Shown one piece after another: positions 1 through 8,225 of a stretch of 40,752 bases of DNA. A model generated the notes under the pieces. The model was not told where the DNA came from. It saw only the letters and a program-made list of their open reading frames with translations, and did not search any database. Source of the stretch: an uncultured Clostridia bacterium (GTDB taxonomy: Bacteria > Bacillota > Clostridia > TANB77 > CAG-508); the NCBI GenBank assembly GCA_948585895.1, contig CAPBNZ010000006.1, forward strand, positions 1 to 40,752. The letters are read 5' to 3'. A program made the position numbers and the translations under genes. The first letter of the stretch is position 1. Each line of letters opens with the position of its first letter.

Positions 1-323
1 AGAATTTTGAGGGGCTTAATGAAACAGATAGAACATCAATAGAAACAACATTAAAGAGATTAGAATTATATATTGAAAATGATAAATCTTTACCAGAACA
101 AATGAAATTCGATTTACAACTAAAATATTATGCTATTGCTCAAATATATTTAAGTCCCTATAAAATATATTTATTAGATTTAAAAGAAAAGTTATTTACT
201 AGAATATTTTTAGCTGCTAAAAAGTATTGTCCGATTGCAATTGATGAAGAAGAAAAATTAGAAGATTTTATGAATTACTTTATTGTATGTTTTAGAAATG
301 AGCTGGAGAAAAAGAATGGTTAA
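1..323 (+). CDS. Hypothetical phage protein, 5'-truncated by the window edge
   Basis: The frame of ORF 102..323 stays open back to position 3 with no stop. No recognisable motif. Confidence 0.4.
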   Translation, partial: NFEGLNETDRTSIETTLKRLELYIENDKSLPEQMKFDLQLKYYAIAQIYLSPYKIYLLDLKEKLFTRIFLAAKKYCPIAIDEEEKLEDFMNYFIVCFRNELEKKNG

Positions 324-516
324 TAATAGAAAATATCCAAGATTAACTGGAGTATGTGAAAAGGCAATTCGAAATCAATGGTGTTTAGGTTGTCAAAAGT
401 TAGAAGATTATAATTTTACTGGTGTTAATTATTGCAAATATGTTGATGTTGGGAGGAAAGAACATCTTCCCGATGTCAGCAAAGTAATAACAGATTATAA
501 ACAATTAAAAATATGA
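316..516 (+). CDS. Small Cys-rich hypothetical protein
   Basis: The internal ATG at 316 follows ggag and overlaps the stop of the preceding gene. Several Cys are present (CEKAIRNQWCLGC...C), suggesting a possible zinc ribbon. Confidence 0.4.
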   Translation: MVNNRKYPRLTGVCEKAIRNQWCLGCQKLEDYNFTGVNYCKYVDVGRKEHLPDVSKVITDYKQLKI

Positions 517-692
517 CACTTCAAAATCAATTTTAAGGCGATTTATTTTTTATAAGTGTAATTTTATTACTAAACTATTAAAAATTAAAATCTGCTTAAA
601 ATTTTATCAAATTTGGTATAAAAAAATGACCATGTTAGTATAAAATTTTAAAACAAAACTGACAGATAAGAAAAAAGGAGAAATGATAAATT

Positions 693-1109
693 ATGAAAAT
701 TAATTTTATTATTCAAGGTAAGGTACAAGCGAAACAAAGACCTAGATTTAATGGAAAATTTGCATATACACCAAGAGAAACAGTTGCTTATGAAAATTGG
801 GTTAAAACTTGCTATTTAGAGAAATACAAAGGTCAAAAACCATTAGAAAAACCATTAAAAGTAAAAATAATTGCTTATTATGACATACCAAAAAGCACTA
901 GCAAAAAAAAGCAGCAACAAATGTTAAATAATGAAATATTTCCAACAGTAAAACCAGATACAGATAATATTGCTAAAAGTATATTGGATTCATTAAATAA
1001 AATCGCATATTTAGATGATAAGCAAGTTGTTAAGTTGGAAGTAGAAAAATATTATGCAACAAATGCAAATGTTGCAGTTATGATAGAGGAGATTGAAGAT
1101 GGAAATTAA
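693..1109 (+). CDS. rusA: RusA-family Holliday junction resolvase
   Basis: 138 aa. Contains the RusA-like acidic core KPDTDNIAKSILDSLNKIAYLDDKQV and an N-terminal GKVQAKQRPRF. Size and early-region context are typical. Confidence 0.85.
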   Translation: MKINFIIQGKVQAKQRPRFNGKFAYTPRETVAYENWVKTCYLEKYKGQKPLEKPLKVKIIAYYDIPKSTSKKKQQQMLNNEIFPTVKPDTDNIAKSILDSLNKIAYLDDKQVVKLEVEKYYATNANVAVMIEEIEDGN

Positions 1110-1266
1110 AGTTGGAGATAAATTTAAAGGAAAAATAAACGGGGCTATTTTTAAGATTACAGAAATAGATGAGAAAAATAAAATGATTTTCTATAAAAGT
1201 AATGGAGAGAAACATCACTATGGATTAGATTCTTTTAAGAATTGCTTATTAGAAAAAATTGATTAG
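1099..1266 (+). CDS. Small hypothetical protein (55 aa)
   Basis: ATG at 1099 overlaps the end of rusA (translational coupling). Too short for the ORF track. Sequence begins MEIKVGDKFKGKINGAIFKITEIDEKNK. Confidence 0.4.
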   Translation: MEIKVGDKFKGKINGAIFKITEIDEKNKMIFYKSNGEKHHYGLDSFKNCLLEKID

Positions 1267-1278
1267 GAGGAAATAAAA

Positions 1279-2190
1279 ATGGAATTTAATAGATATCAGC
1301 ATATAGAAAGATTTAGGACTGATGAAGTAGAAAATATAGAGTTTGGAAAATGTTTTATATTTTATAAAATAGATGGTACAAATGGGCAGGTATATTTAGA
1401 TGAAGATGGAAATGTAAAGGCTGGAAGTAGGAACAGAGTCCTTACTTTAGAAAATGATAATGCAGATTTTTATCAATATGTATTACAAAGTGAAAGAATA
1501 AAAAAATATTTAGAAAAACATCCAAACCATAGATTATACGGAGAATGGTTAGTACCACATTCAATAAAAACTTATAGAAAAGATGCATGGAGAAGATTTT
1601 ATGTTTTTGATGTGGCATTACACAAAGAAGATAATACCGAAGAATATATTCCTTATGAAATTTATCAACCATTATTAGAAGAGTTTGAACTGGATTATAT
1701 TCCACCATTAGCTATATTAAAAAATCCGACAGAAGAGTCTTTAATAAGATGTTTGGAAAAAACGGGGCAATTTTTGGTTGAAGATGGAAAAGGAAATGGA
1801 GAGGGAATAGTTATAAAAAATTATGATTTTTATAATAAATATGGAAGACAAACATGGGCAAAAATTGTAAGCAATGAATTTAAAGAAAAACATGCAAAAT
1901 CTATGGGAGCAGATGTAGTTACTCAACAAGAGATAATTGAAGAAAAAATAGTTACTAAATATTGTACAGAAGCCTTTATTGAAAAAGAATATGCAAAAAT
2001 AGTTAATGAGAAAGAGGGATGGAGAAGTCAGTACATTCCTATGTTACTTGGTAGAGTATTTTCAGAACTAATAAAAGAAGAAACATGGAATTTTATAAAA
2101 GAATTTAAGAATCCTAAAATAAATTTCAAAACATTAAATGCACTAACTATCCAAAAAGTAAAAGAAACAAAGAGGGAGTTGTTTAATTGA
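1279..2190 (+). CDS. ATP-dependent RNA ligase (Rnl2-like covalent nucleotidyltransferase)
   Basis: Strong RBS (aggagg). Ordered ligase motifs are present: motif I FYKIDGTN (Lys30), motif III YGEWL, motif IV EGIVIK, motif V AKIVSNEFKEK. Confidence 0.75.
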   Translation: MEFNRYQHIERFRTDEVENIEFGKCFIFYKIDGTNGQVYLDEDGNVKAGSRNRVLTLENDNADFYQYVLQSERIKKYLEKHPNHRLYGEWLVPHSIKTYRKDAWRRFYVFDVALHKEDNTEEYIPYEIYQPLLEEFELDYIPPLAILKNPTEESLIRCLEKTGQFLVEDGKGNGEGIVIKNYDFYNKYGRQTWAKIVSNEFKEKHAKSMGADVVTQQEIIEEKIVTKYCTEAFIEKEYAKIVNEKEGWRSQYIPMLLGRVFSELIKEETWNFIKEFKNPKINFKTLNALTIQKVKETKRELFN

Positions 2191-3065
2191 TGAATAAATT
2201 ATTTATGTTAGTAGGGTTGCCAGCCTCTGGAAAGACAACATGTGGAAAAAGATTAGCTGAAGTGGAAAATGCATTGATTGTATCTTCCGATGAAATAAGA
2301 AAAGAGTTGCTGGACGATATAAATGATCAAACCAAAAATGAAGAAGTATTCAAAGAAGTAGAAAATAGAATTATAAATGGTCTAAAAGAAAAAAATGTAA
2401 TATATGATGCTACGAATATAAATTATAAAAGAAGAATGGCTTTTTTACAAAAAATAAAGAATGCAGAAAAAATAGCTATTTTAATTGCAACACCTTATGA
2501 TGAATGTATAGAGAGAAATAGTAAAAGAGAAAGAAAAGTTCCCGAAGATGTAATTAAAAGAATGTATTACAATTTTTACATACCTCAATATTATGAGGGA
2601 TTTGATGAAATAAGAATATATTTTAATACCGATAGGAATTATTGGACTTATGATTTATTAAAAGAATTAGATGGTATTTCACAAGATAATCCACATCATA
2701 CATTAACAATAGGTAAACATTGCAAGAAAACCGCAGCTTTGCTAAAAAATTATGATTTATTTAAAGTGGGTTTGTTACATGACATTGGAAAAAAAGAAAC
2801 AAAAACATTCATAAATACAAAGGAAGAAAAAACAGAAATAGCACATTATTATAACCATGAAAGAGTAAGTGCATATATGTCATTATTTTATACAAATAGA
2901 AATGATGAAAAAAGGCAATTAGAAGTTGCTAATTTAATTCAATGGCACATGTTGTTACATAGAGAATTATCAGAAAAGACTATAATAAAATACAAGAAAT
3001 TACTAGGAGAGGAAACATGGAAAAAATTAAATTTATTATATGATGCTGATTTACAAGCGAAGTAA
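2190..3065 (+). CDS. Bifunctional polynucleotide kinase (P-loop) / HD-domain phosphoesterase
   Basis: The N-terminus has Walker A GLPASGKTT followed by SSDEIR, as in T4 Pnk-type kinases. The C-terminus has the HD signature NPHHTL...LLHDIGK...HYYNHE...WHMLLH. The start overlaps the ligase stop. Confidence 0.7.
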   Translation: MNKLFMLVGLPASGKTTCGKRLAEVENALIVSSDEIRKELLDDINDQTKNEEVFKEVENRIINGLKEKNVIYDATNINYKRRMAFLQKIKNAEKIAILIATPYDECIERNSKRERKVPEDVIKRMYYNFYIPQYYEGFDEIRIYFNTDRNYWTYDLLKELDGISQDNPHHTLTIGKHCKKTAALLKNYDLFKVGLLHDIGKKETKTFINTKEEKTEIAHYYNHERVSAYMSLFYTNRNDEKRQLEVANLIQWHMLLHRELSEKTIIKYKKLLGEETWKKLNLLYDADLQAK

Positions 3066-3075
3066 GGAGGAAGTC

Positions 3076-3891
3076 ATGAATAGAGAAGAAAAAATTATGA
3101 AAAGAGTTCAAGAGCATTACAATTATTTGAAAGAAAAAGGATTTGAAGTTGTTTTTCTAGCATTACAAGGTTCTCAAAATTACGGATTAGATGTATATGA
3201 TGAAGATTATATATCAGATGTTGATACAAAAGCAGTAATATTGCCATCATTTGAAGATTTTGTATATGGAAGAAAATTATATAGTGAAACTTTAGTGTTA
3301 GAAAATAATGAGCACATTGATGTAAAAGACATAAGAGTAATGTTTGAAACATATAAAAAACAAAATGTAAATTTTATAGAAACATTGTTTACAGAATTTA
3401 AAATAGTTAATGAAAAGTATAAAGATATTTTACAACCATTATTTGATAATGCTGAAGAAATAGCACATATAAACAAGTATCAAGCAATCAGATGTATGGC
3501 TGGAATGAGTAAAGAGAAACTAAAGGCATTAAAGCATCCATATCCAACAATTGTAGATAAAATAAATAAATATGGATATGATCCAAAACAACTACACCAT
3601 ATATTAAGAATGAATGATTTTATAAAAAAATATGCAATATTAGAAAAGCCATACAAGGAATGTTTAATTCCAGACAATAAAGAGTATTTGATACAGATTA
3701 AAAAAGGAGTCTTGTCTGAAGATGAGGCAACACAATTAGCAGTAGAAACTGATGAAGACACTTATGATGTAAAAAACTGGGCAACTGGGTTTGATGATAG
3801 ACCAGATGTTATAAATCAAAAAGGGTTAAATATTTTAGATAAAACAAAATATGAAATTCTAAAAATGAGATTTAGAGAAGAATTAAAATAA
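3076..3891 (+). CDS. Pol-beta superfamily nucleotidyltransferase (RNA-ligase-associated, RlaP-like)
   Basis: ATG at 3076 sits behind aaggagg. Contains an NTase-like GSQNYGLDVYDEDYISDVDTK (GS...D.D) motif. It is co-operonic with the ligase and the kinase/HD genes. Confidence 0.55.
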   Translation: MNREEKIMKRVQEHYNYLKEKGFEVVFLALQGSQNYGLDVYDEDYISDVDTKAVILPSFEDFVYGRKLYSETLVLENNEHIDVKDIRVMFETYKKQNVNFIETLFTEFKIVNEKYKDILQPLFDNAEEIAHINKYQAIRCMAGMSKEKLKALKHPYPTIVDKINKYGYDPKQLHHILRMNDFIKKYAILEKPYKECLIPDNKEYLIQIKKGVLSEDEATQLAVETDEDTYDVKNWATGFDDRPDVINQKGLNILDKTKYEILKMRFREELK

Positions 3892-3906
3892 AGGAAGGTG
3901 TAATAA

Positions 3907-4044
3907 ATGGGAACAACTATTGCGGTGTTTATAATAAGTTTTCTAATAGGTTTTGGGGTTAGTTACTATGGAATTAAAGATGATATAAAAAAAGCTAAAA
4001 ATCTAGAAGAATTGAAAATTAAATATAATGTGAGGGATGAATAA
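3907..4044 (+). CDS. Small membrane protein (45 aa)
   Basis: RBS ggaaggtg. One hydrophobic helix (TIAVFIISFLIGFGVSYYG). The stop overlaps the next start (taATG). Confidence 0.4.
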   Translation: MGTTIAVFIISFLIGFGVSYYGIKDDIKKAKNLEELKIKYNVRDE

Positions 4045-4343
4045 TGTTAGTTTTACCAATAAAAAAGAAATGGTTTGACATGATTTTATCTGGAGAAAAG
4101 AAAGAAGAATACAGAGAAATAAAGCCATATTATGACAAAAGAATAGGTTATTATGCAATAGGTACTGGAAAAATCACAACATTAGTTTTAAGAAATGGTT
4201 ATAGTTATAATTCTCCATCAATTAAATGTAAATGTTCTATATCAATTGGAACAGGAGTAGAGGGGTGGGGAGCAGAACCAAACATAAATTATTATGTAAT
4301 TAAAATATTAAAAATTATAGAAAGGAGAAATTGCAATGGCTAG
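4044..4343 (+). CDS. ASCH-domain protein
   Basis: The N-terminal PIKKKWFDMILSGEKKEEYREIKPYY matches the canonical ASCH opening (IK..w...IlsGeK..EyR). Confidence 0.65.
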   Translation: MLVLPIKKKWFDMILSGEKKEEYREIKPYYDKRIGYYAIGTGKITTLVLRNGYSYNSPSIKCKCSISIGTGVEGWGAEPNINYYVIKILKIIERRNCNG

Positions 4344-4470
4344 TCTAGAAAGAAAAATACAAAGACAACAACTGATGAAACAACATAAAAAAGCACATAA
4401 TAATGCAAAATTCAATAAAATCTGGGAGCAATTCCAGAAAAATCAAAAAGGAAAGGAGGCAAAGAAATAA
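4336..4470 (+). CDS. Small basic hypothetical protein (44 aa)
   Basis: RBS aaaggag, ATG at 4336, and the stop overlaps the next ATG. Lys/Gln-rich. Confidence 0.35.
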   Translation: MASLERKIQRQQLMKQHKKAHNNAKFNKIWEQFQKNQKGKEAKK

Positions 4471-4667
4471 TGAATGATAAAGCAAAATATACAGATGTGA
4501 CTGATGAACAGAAAAATAGAATTGATGATGTTAGAAATATGTTTTCTGATGTGTACGATTTTATAGAAACAAACTGCAAACAAAGTAGAGAAACATCGTT
4601 AGCAATTACAAAATTAGAAGAAGCTCAATTTTGGGCTATAAAAGGAATAACAAGGGAGGAAAATTAA
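4470..4667 (+). CDS. Small helical phage protein with a C-terminal SLAITKLEEAQFWAIKGI motif
   Basis: 65 aa, RBS aaaggagg. The motif pattern is common in small phage proteins. The family assignment is uncertain (see findings). Confidence 0.5.
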   Translation: MNDKAKYTDVTDEQKNRIDDVRNMFSDVYDFIETNCKQSRETSLAITKLEEAQFWAIKGITREEN

Positions 4668-4668
4668 A

Positions 4669-5208
4669 ATGAAAAAGATATTGATAAGTTTAGGAATAGT
4701 ATTGGGGATAATTTTAATGATAGTAGGAATATTTGTAGGAACAAACAATACAGCAATAAATTTAGAAGAACAAATAAAAGAAAGTAAATCAAGTATAAAT
4801 ATTCAAGAAAAAAGAAGAGAAGATTTAATATACAATTTAGTAGATACAGTAGAAAGCTATAATCAATATGAACAAGAGACCATGACAAGTATAATAGAGG
4901 CAAGAACAAAAGCAAATAGTGGGAATGTTGAAGAAGCGGAAATGCTAATTAATGCTGTTGCAGAACAATATCCAGAATTAAAAAGTAATGACAATTATAA
5001 AACATTAATGACAGAGTTAGCAGTAACAGAAAATTTGATAGCAGAACATAGAAACAACTATAATATCCAAGTTAAACAATACAATAAACATATAAAAAAA
5101 TTTCCTAACAGTTTAATACTAAACATGATGGGCTATGAGAAATTAGACAATACATATTTAAAATATGAAGCTTCAGAAGATGCACCAAGAGATCTATTTA
5201 AAGAATAG
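4669..5208 (+). CDS. lemA: LemA-family membrane protein
   Basis: An N-terminal TM helix is followed by a typical LemA core (QEKRREDLIYNLVDTVESYNQYEQET...QYPELKSNDNYKTLMTEL..TEN.I...R..YN..V..YN..I..FP). Confidence 0.85.
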   Translation: MKKILISLGIVLGIILMIVGIFVGTNNTAINLEEQIKESKSSINIQEKRREDLIYNLVDTVESYNQYEQETMTSIIEARTKANSGNVEEAEMLINAVAEQYPELKSNDNYKTLMTELAVTENLIAEHRNNYNIQVKQYNKHIKKFPNSLILNMMGYEKLDNTYLKYEASEDAPRDLFKE

Positions 5209-5219
5209 AGGTGTTAAAA

Positions 5220-5981
5220 ATGGCTTTTGAAAATTTTACAATCACACCTAGAGAAATATTGGTTGCAATAGCAATAACTTTGACATTAGTAGGTTTAGGA
5301 TTTTTTATATCTGAAACAATAAAAAATGGTATAAACGAATCCAATGAAAAATATTATAAATCTCTGAAAATAAATAATGATGAAGAAATGTTTAAGTATG
5401 CAATAAAAACTAATGTAGGATATGTATTAGCACAAGGAAAAGTAAAAGCAGTTGAAGGAGTTTCAATTGAAGATATAAATGGAAAATACTTTAAAATAAA
5501 AAAAGTAAAAGAAGAATATACAAAGCATTATAGACAAGTTGAACATACAAGAACAAAATCAGATGGTACAACAGAAACATATTATACAACAGAAGAATAT
5601 TGGACTTGGGATTATGCTGGTCAAGAAGAATTTCACACAATTAAATTTAATTTTCTAGGTATTGATTTTAATTATGGAACAATAAATTTTAATAATGAAA
5701 AATATAAAGAAACAAAAAGCGGTGGTTACCATATTAGGTATCAATATTATGTTATACCATTTGAATTTGAAGGAACTTTATTTACATACATAGGTAATAA
5801 TACAATAAATCAAAATAACTTTTCTATAAATAATACAATTGAAAACATAATTAAATCAAAAGAAAATGAAGTAGATGGCTGGAATATTGGTTTTTGGATG
5901 ATATGGATAATATTTATTGTAATGATTGATTTTGGATATGTCTATTTAGAAAATAATTATTTAGAAGATAAAGCAAATTAA
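5220..5981 (+). CDS. Two-TM membrane protein, partner of LemA
   Basis: ATG at 5220 sits behind agaggtg. There is an N-terminal TM (ILVAIAITLTLVGLGFFI) and a C-terminal TM (FWMIWIIFIVMIDFGYVY), with a beta-rich domain of about 190 aa between them. Confidence 0.6.
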   Translation: MAFENFTITPREILVAIAITLTLVGLGFFISETIKNGINESNEKYYKSLKINNDEEMFKYAIKTNVGYVLAQGKVKAVEGVSIEDINGKYFKIKKVKEEYTKHYRQVEHTRTKSDGTTETYYTTEEYWTWDYAGQEEFHTIKFNFLGIDFNYGTINFNNEKYKETKSGGYHIRYQYYVIPFEFEGTLFTYIGNNTINQNNFSINNTIENIIKSKENEVDGWNIGFWMIWIIFIVMIDFGYVYLENNYLEDKAN

Positions 5982-6035
5982 AAATTAAAGAATCCAACGA
6001 CACCTAATTTACAAAAGAAGATTAGGAGTGGTGCT

Positions 6036-6467
6036 ATGACTAGAAAAGATTTAAAAGATTTTAGGAATAGAAAGAAATACATAAAATCAAAATTGGAGTT
6101 TCTCGAAGAAGAAGAAACGAGAATAATGAATATAACTCAAAAATTAGATGGGATGCCTCATGCAAAAAATAAGACAAGCTATGAGATTGAGAAGTATTTA
6201 GATGAAAAAAATGAAATAATGCAGAAAGAACTGCAACAATTCAAAGAATATACTAATGAAATTTATGAACAACTTAATCAATTAAAACCACTCTATGCAA
6301 CTATTTTACAAGAAAATTATATAAATGGAAAGTCTTTAGAAGAGGTTGCAGTAGCAGTTCATTATAGTTATTATAAAACTTGTCATCTCAATGGAGAGGC
6401 TCTAGATGAGTTTGATAAATTAGACAAAAATAAAAGTGAGCAAAAAAAAGCAAGAAAGAGCAAATAA
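6036..6467 (+). CDS. Putative late-gene transcriptional activator (sigma-70 region-4-like, RinA/ArpU-type)
   Basis: 143 aa. The C-terminal LYATILQENYINGKSLEEVAVAVHYSYYKTCHLNGEALDEF resembles a sigma region-4 HTH. Its position just upstream of the packaging module is typical. Confidence 0.5.
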   Translation: MTRKDLKDFRNRKKYIKSKLEFLEEEETRIMNITQKLDGMPHAKNKTSYEIEKYLDEKNEIMQKELQQFKEYTNEIYEQLNQLKPLYATILQENYINGKSLEEVAVAVHYSYYKTCHLNGEALDEFDKLDKNKSEQKKARKSK

Positions 6468-6502
6468 AAATGTGTTATTATAGTATTATCATAGTTATGT
6501 AG

Positions 6503-6547
6503 TAGAGGTGATTCCGCTAGAAATAGTGGAGTGCCTCTAATTTTTTA
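6503..6547 (+). terminator. Hairpin plus T-run after the late regulator
   Basis: tagagg (6503-6508) pairs with cctcta (6534-6539), with additional inner pairing (ccgcta/tagtgg). It is followed by tttttt at 6541-6546. Confidence 0.5.
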
Positions 6548-6586
6548 TAATATATTTTCAATTGTGTTTTAGAAAAGAGGTATATT

Positions 6587-7189
6587 ATGAAAATTGAAAA
6601 TGCAGAAATTAGAACTATGGAATTAGCAAAATTACAACCAGCTAAATACAATCCAAGGGTAGAACTACAACCAGAAGATGATGTTTACAAAAGAATAAAG
6701 GCAAGCATCACAAAATTTGGAATGGTAGCTCCATTAGTAGTTAATAAAAGAAATGGATTATATACAATAGTTGGTGGACACCAAAGATATAACATTTTAA
6801 AAGAATTAGGCTATAAGGAGATACCATGTATTTTAGTGGATTTAGATGAAGTTGATGAAATAGAACTGAATTTATCTCTAAATAAAAATACAGGTTACTG
6901 GGACAATGAAAAATTAAAAGACATTTTTACGAACATTGACTTTGATGAAGAGGAAAAATACATAACTGGTTTTTCTGATGAGGAAATTGAAAATCTAAAA
7001 ACAGATTTTATTGAGGATTTAGTTAATGAAGATTTTTCTGATATTGGAAGTAATCCATTAGATAAGTTTTCAATGACATTTACTATTGATAAGGTATATG
7101 AAGAAAAATATTTAGCCTATGTTAAATTATTTGGAAAAGATAAGTTAATCAAATTGATGACTGCTGAAGTCATTAAGGAGGTGGACTAG
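6587..7189 (+). CDS. ParB/Srx-like nuclease-domain protein
   Basis: The N-terminal LQPAKYNPRV...ITKFGMVAPLVVNKRNGLYTIVGGHQRYNILKELGYKEIPCILVD is a classic ParB N-terminal domain pattern (GGHQR box). Confidence 0.75.
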   Translation: MKIENAEIRTMELAKLQPAKYNPRVELQPEDDVYKRIKASITKFGMVAPLVVNKRNGLYTIVGGHQRYNILKELGYKEIPCILVDLDEVDEIELNLSLNKNTGYWDNEKLKDIFTNIDFDEEEKYITGFSDEEIENLKTDFIEDLVNEDFSDIGSNPLDKFSMTFTIDKVYEEKYLAYVKLFGKDKLIKLMTAEVIKEVD

Positions 7190-7190
7190 T

Positions 7191-8204
7191 ATGCCAAGTT
7201 GTGGAAGTCAAGTTGTTTTATGTGATGTACCTATAAGGTTTGATACCTATAAAGGTTGCTCGCATGCTTGTAAATATTGTTTTGTTCAGAGAAAAAAAGA
7301 TATTTCTGATATAGACAAGGGAGAAACTGCAAAAGCATTAGAAAACTTTATAAATGGACATAGAGGTAATGATTTAAGTTGGTGTGATTGGAATATTCCT
7401 ATTCATTGGGGAGGAATGAGTGATCCATTTCAACCAGCAGAAAAAAGATATAGATTATCTTATGAATGTTTAAAAGTATTGGCTAAAACTCAATATCCTT
7501 TTATTGTTTCTACAAAAGGAAAACTAATTGTGGAAAAAGAATATTTAGATTTATTAAGCAAATGCAATTGTGTGGTACAAATAAGCATGATATGTTCTCA
7601 ATATGATAAATTAGAATTAGGAGCTCCTAGTTACGAAGAAAGACTAGAAATGTGTAAAATATTATCAAAGAAAGTTAAAAGAGTAATTGTCAGAATACAA
7701 CCTTATATGACACAAGTTTTTAAAGATGTTAAAGACAACATGAAAAGATTATCAGAAGCGGGAGTATATGGAGTTGTTGTCGAGGGAATGAAGTTTGCTA
7801 AAAAAAGAGGCAAATTGATAAAAGTTGGAGGCGATTTTGTATATCCAAAAGAAGTATTGCAGAAAGATTTTATTCAGCTAAAAGAAGAGGCACACAAATA
7901 TGGATTAAAATTTTATTGTGGAGAAAATAGACTGAGAACTCTAGGAGATGCAATGTGTTGTTGTGGAATAGAAAACCTAGAGGGATTTAAAGGCAATTCA
8001 TATAATATATGCCATTTAATAAATAATAAGGAAACAGAAGTAACCGCTTCTATGAAAGAAAAAGAAAGTGCAAATATTTTAGGCAGAATGAAACAGACAA
8101 CACTAGGAAAATTAAAATATAAAGGGCAGACATTTGAAGATGGAATGAAAGCTGAATACATAGATAATAAAGAACTCTACGATACAATATTTGGTAAATC
8201 TTAA
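7191..8204 (+). CDS. Radical SAM enzyme (SPL / DNA-repair-photolyase-like, COG1533-type)
   Basis: A CxxxCxxC cluster (GCSHACKYCF) lies near the N-terminus. The protein is about 337 aa, and its start is 1 nt after the ParB-like stop. Confidence 0.7.
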   Translation: MPSCGSQVVLCDVPIRFDTYKGCSHACKYCFVQRKKDISDIDKGETAKALENFINGHRGNDLSWCDWNIPIHWGGMSDPFQPAEKRYRLSYECLKVLAKTQYPFIVSTKGKLIVEKEYLDLLSKCNCVVQISMICSQYDKLELGAPSYEERLEMCKILSKKVKRVIVRIQPYMTQVFKDVKDNMKRLSEAGVYGVVVEGMKFAKKRGKLIKVGGDFVYPKEVLQKDFIQLKEEAHKYGLKFYCGENRLRTLGDAMCCCGIENLEGFKGNSYNICHLINNKETEVTASMKEKESANILGRMKQTTLGKLKYKGQTFEDGMKAEYIDNKELYDTIFGKS

Positions 8205-8225
8205 TAGAAAGGAAGATAAGGTAAT

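Noticed and set aside
1442-1929. Minus-strand ORFs 1442-1708 and 1741-1929
   Set aside because: They are antisense to the RNA ligase gene, which has ordered catalytic motifs, and so are spurious.
4664-4915. 83-aa Leu/Phe-rich minus-strand ORF
   Set aside because: It is antisense to the clear LemA gene, and its hydrophobic low-complexity translation is an artefact of A-rich codons on the + strand.
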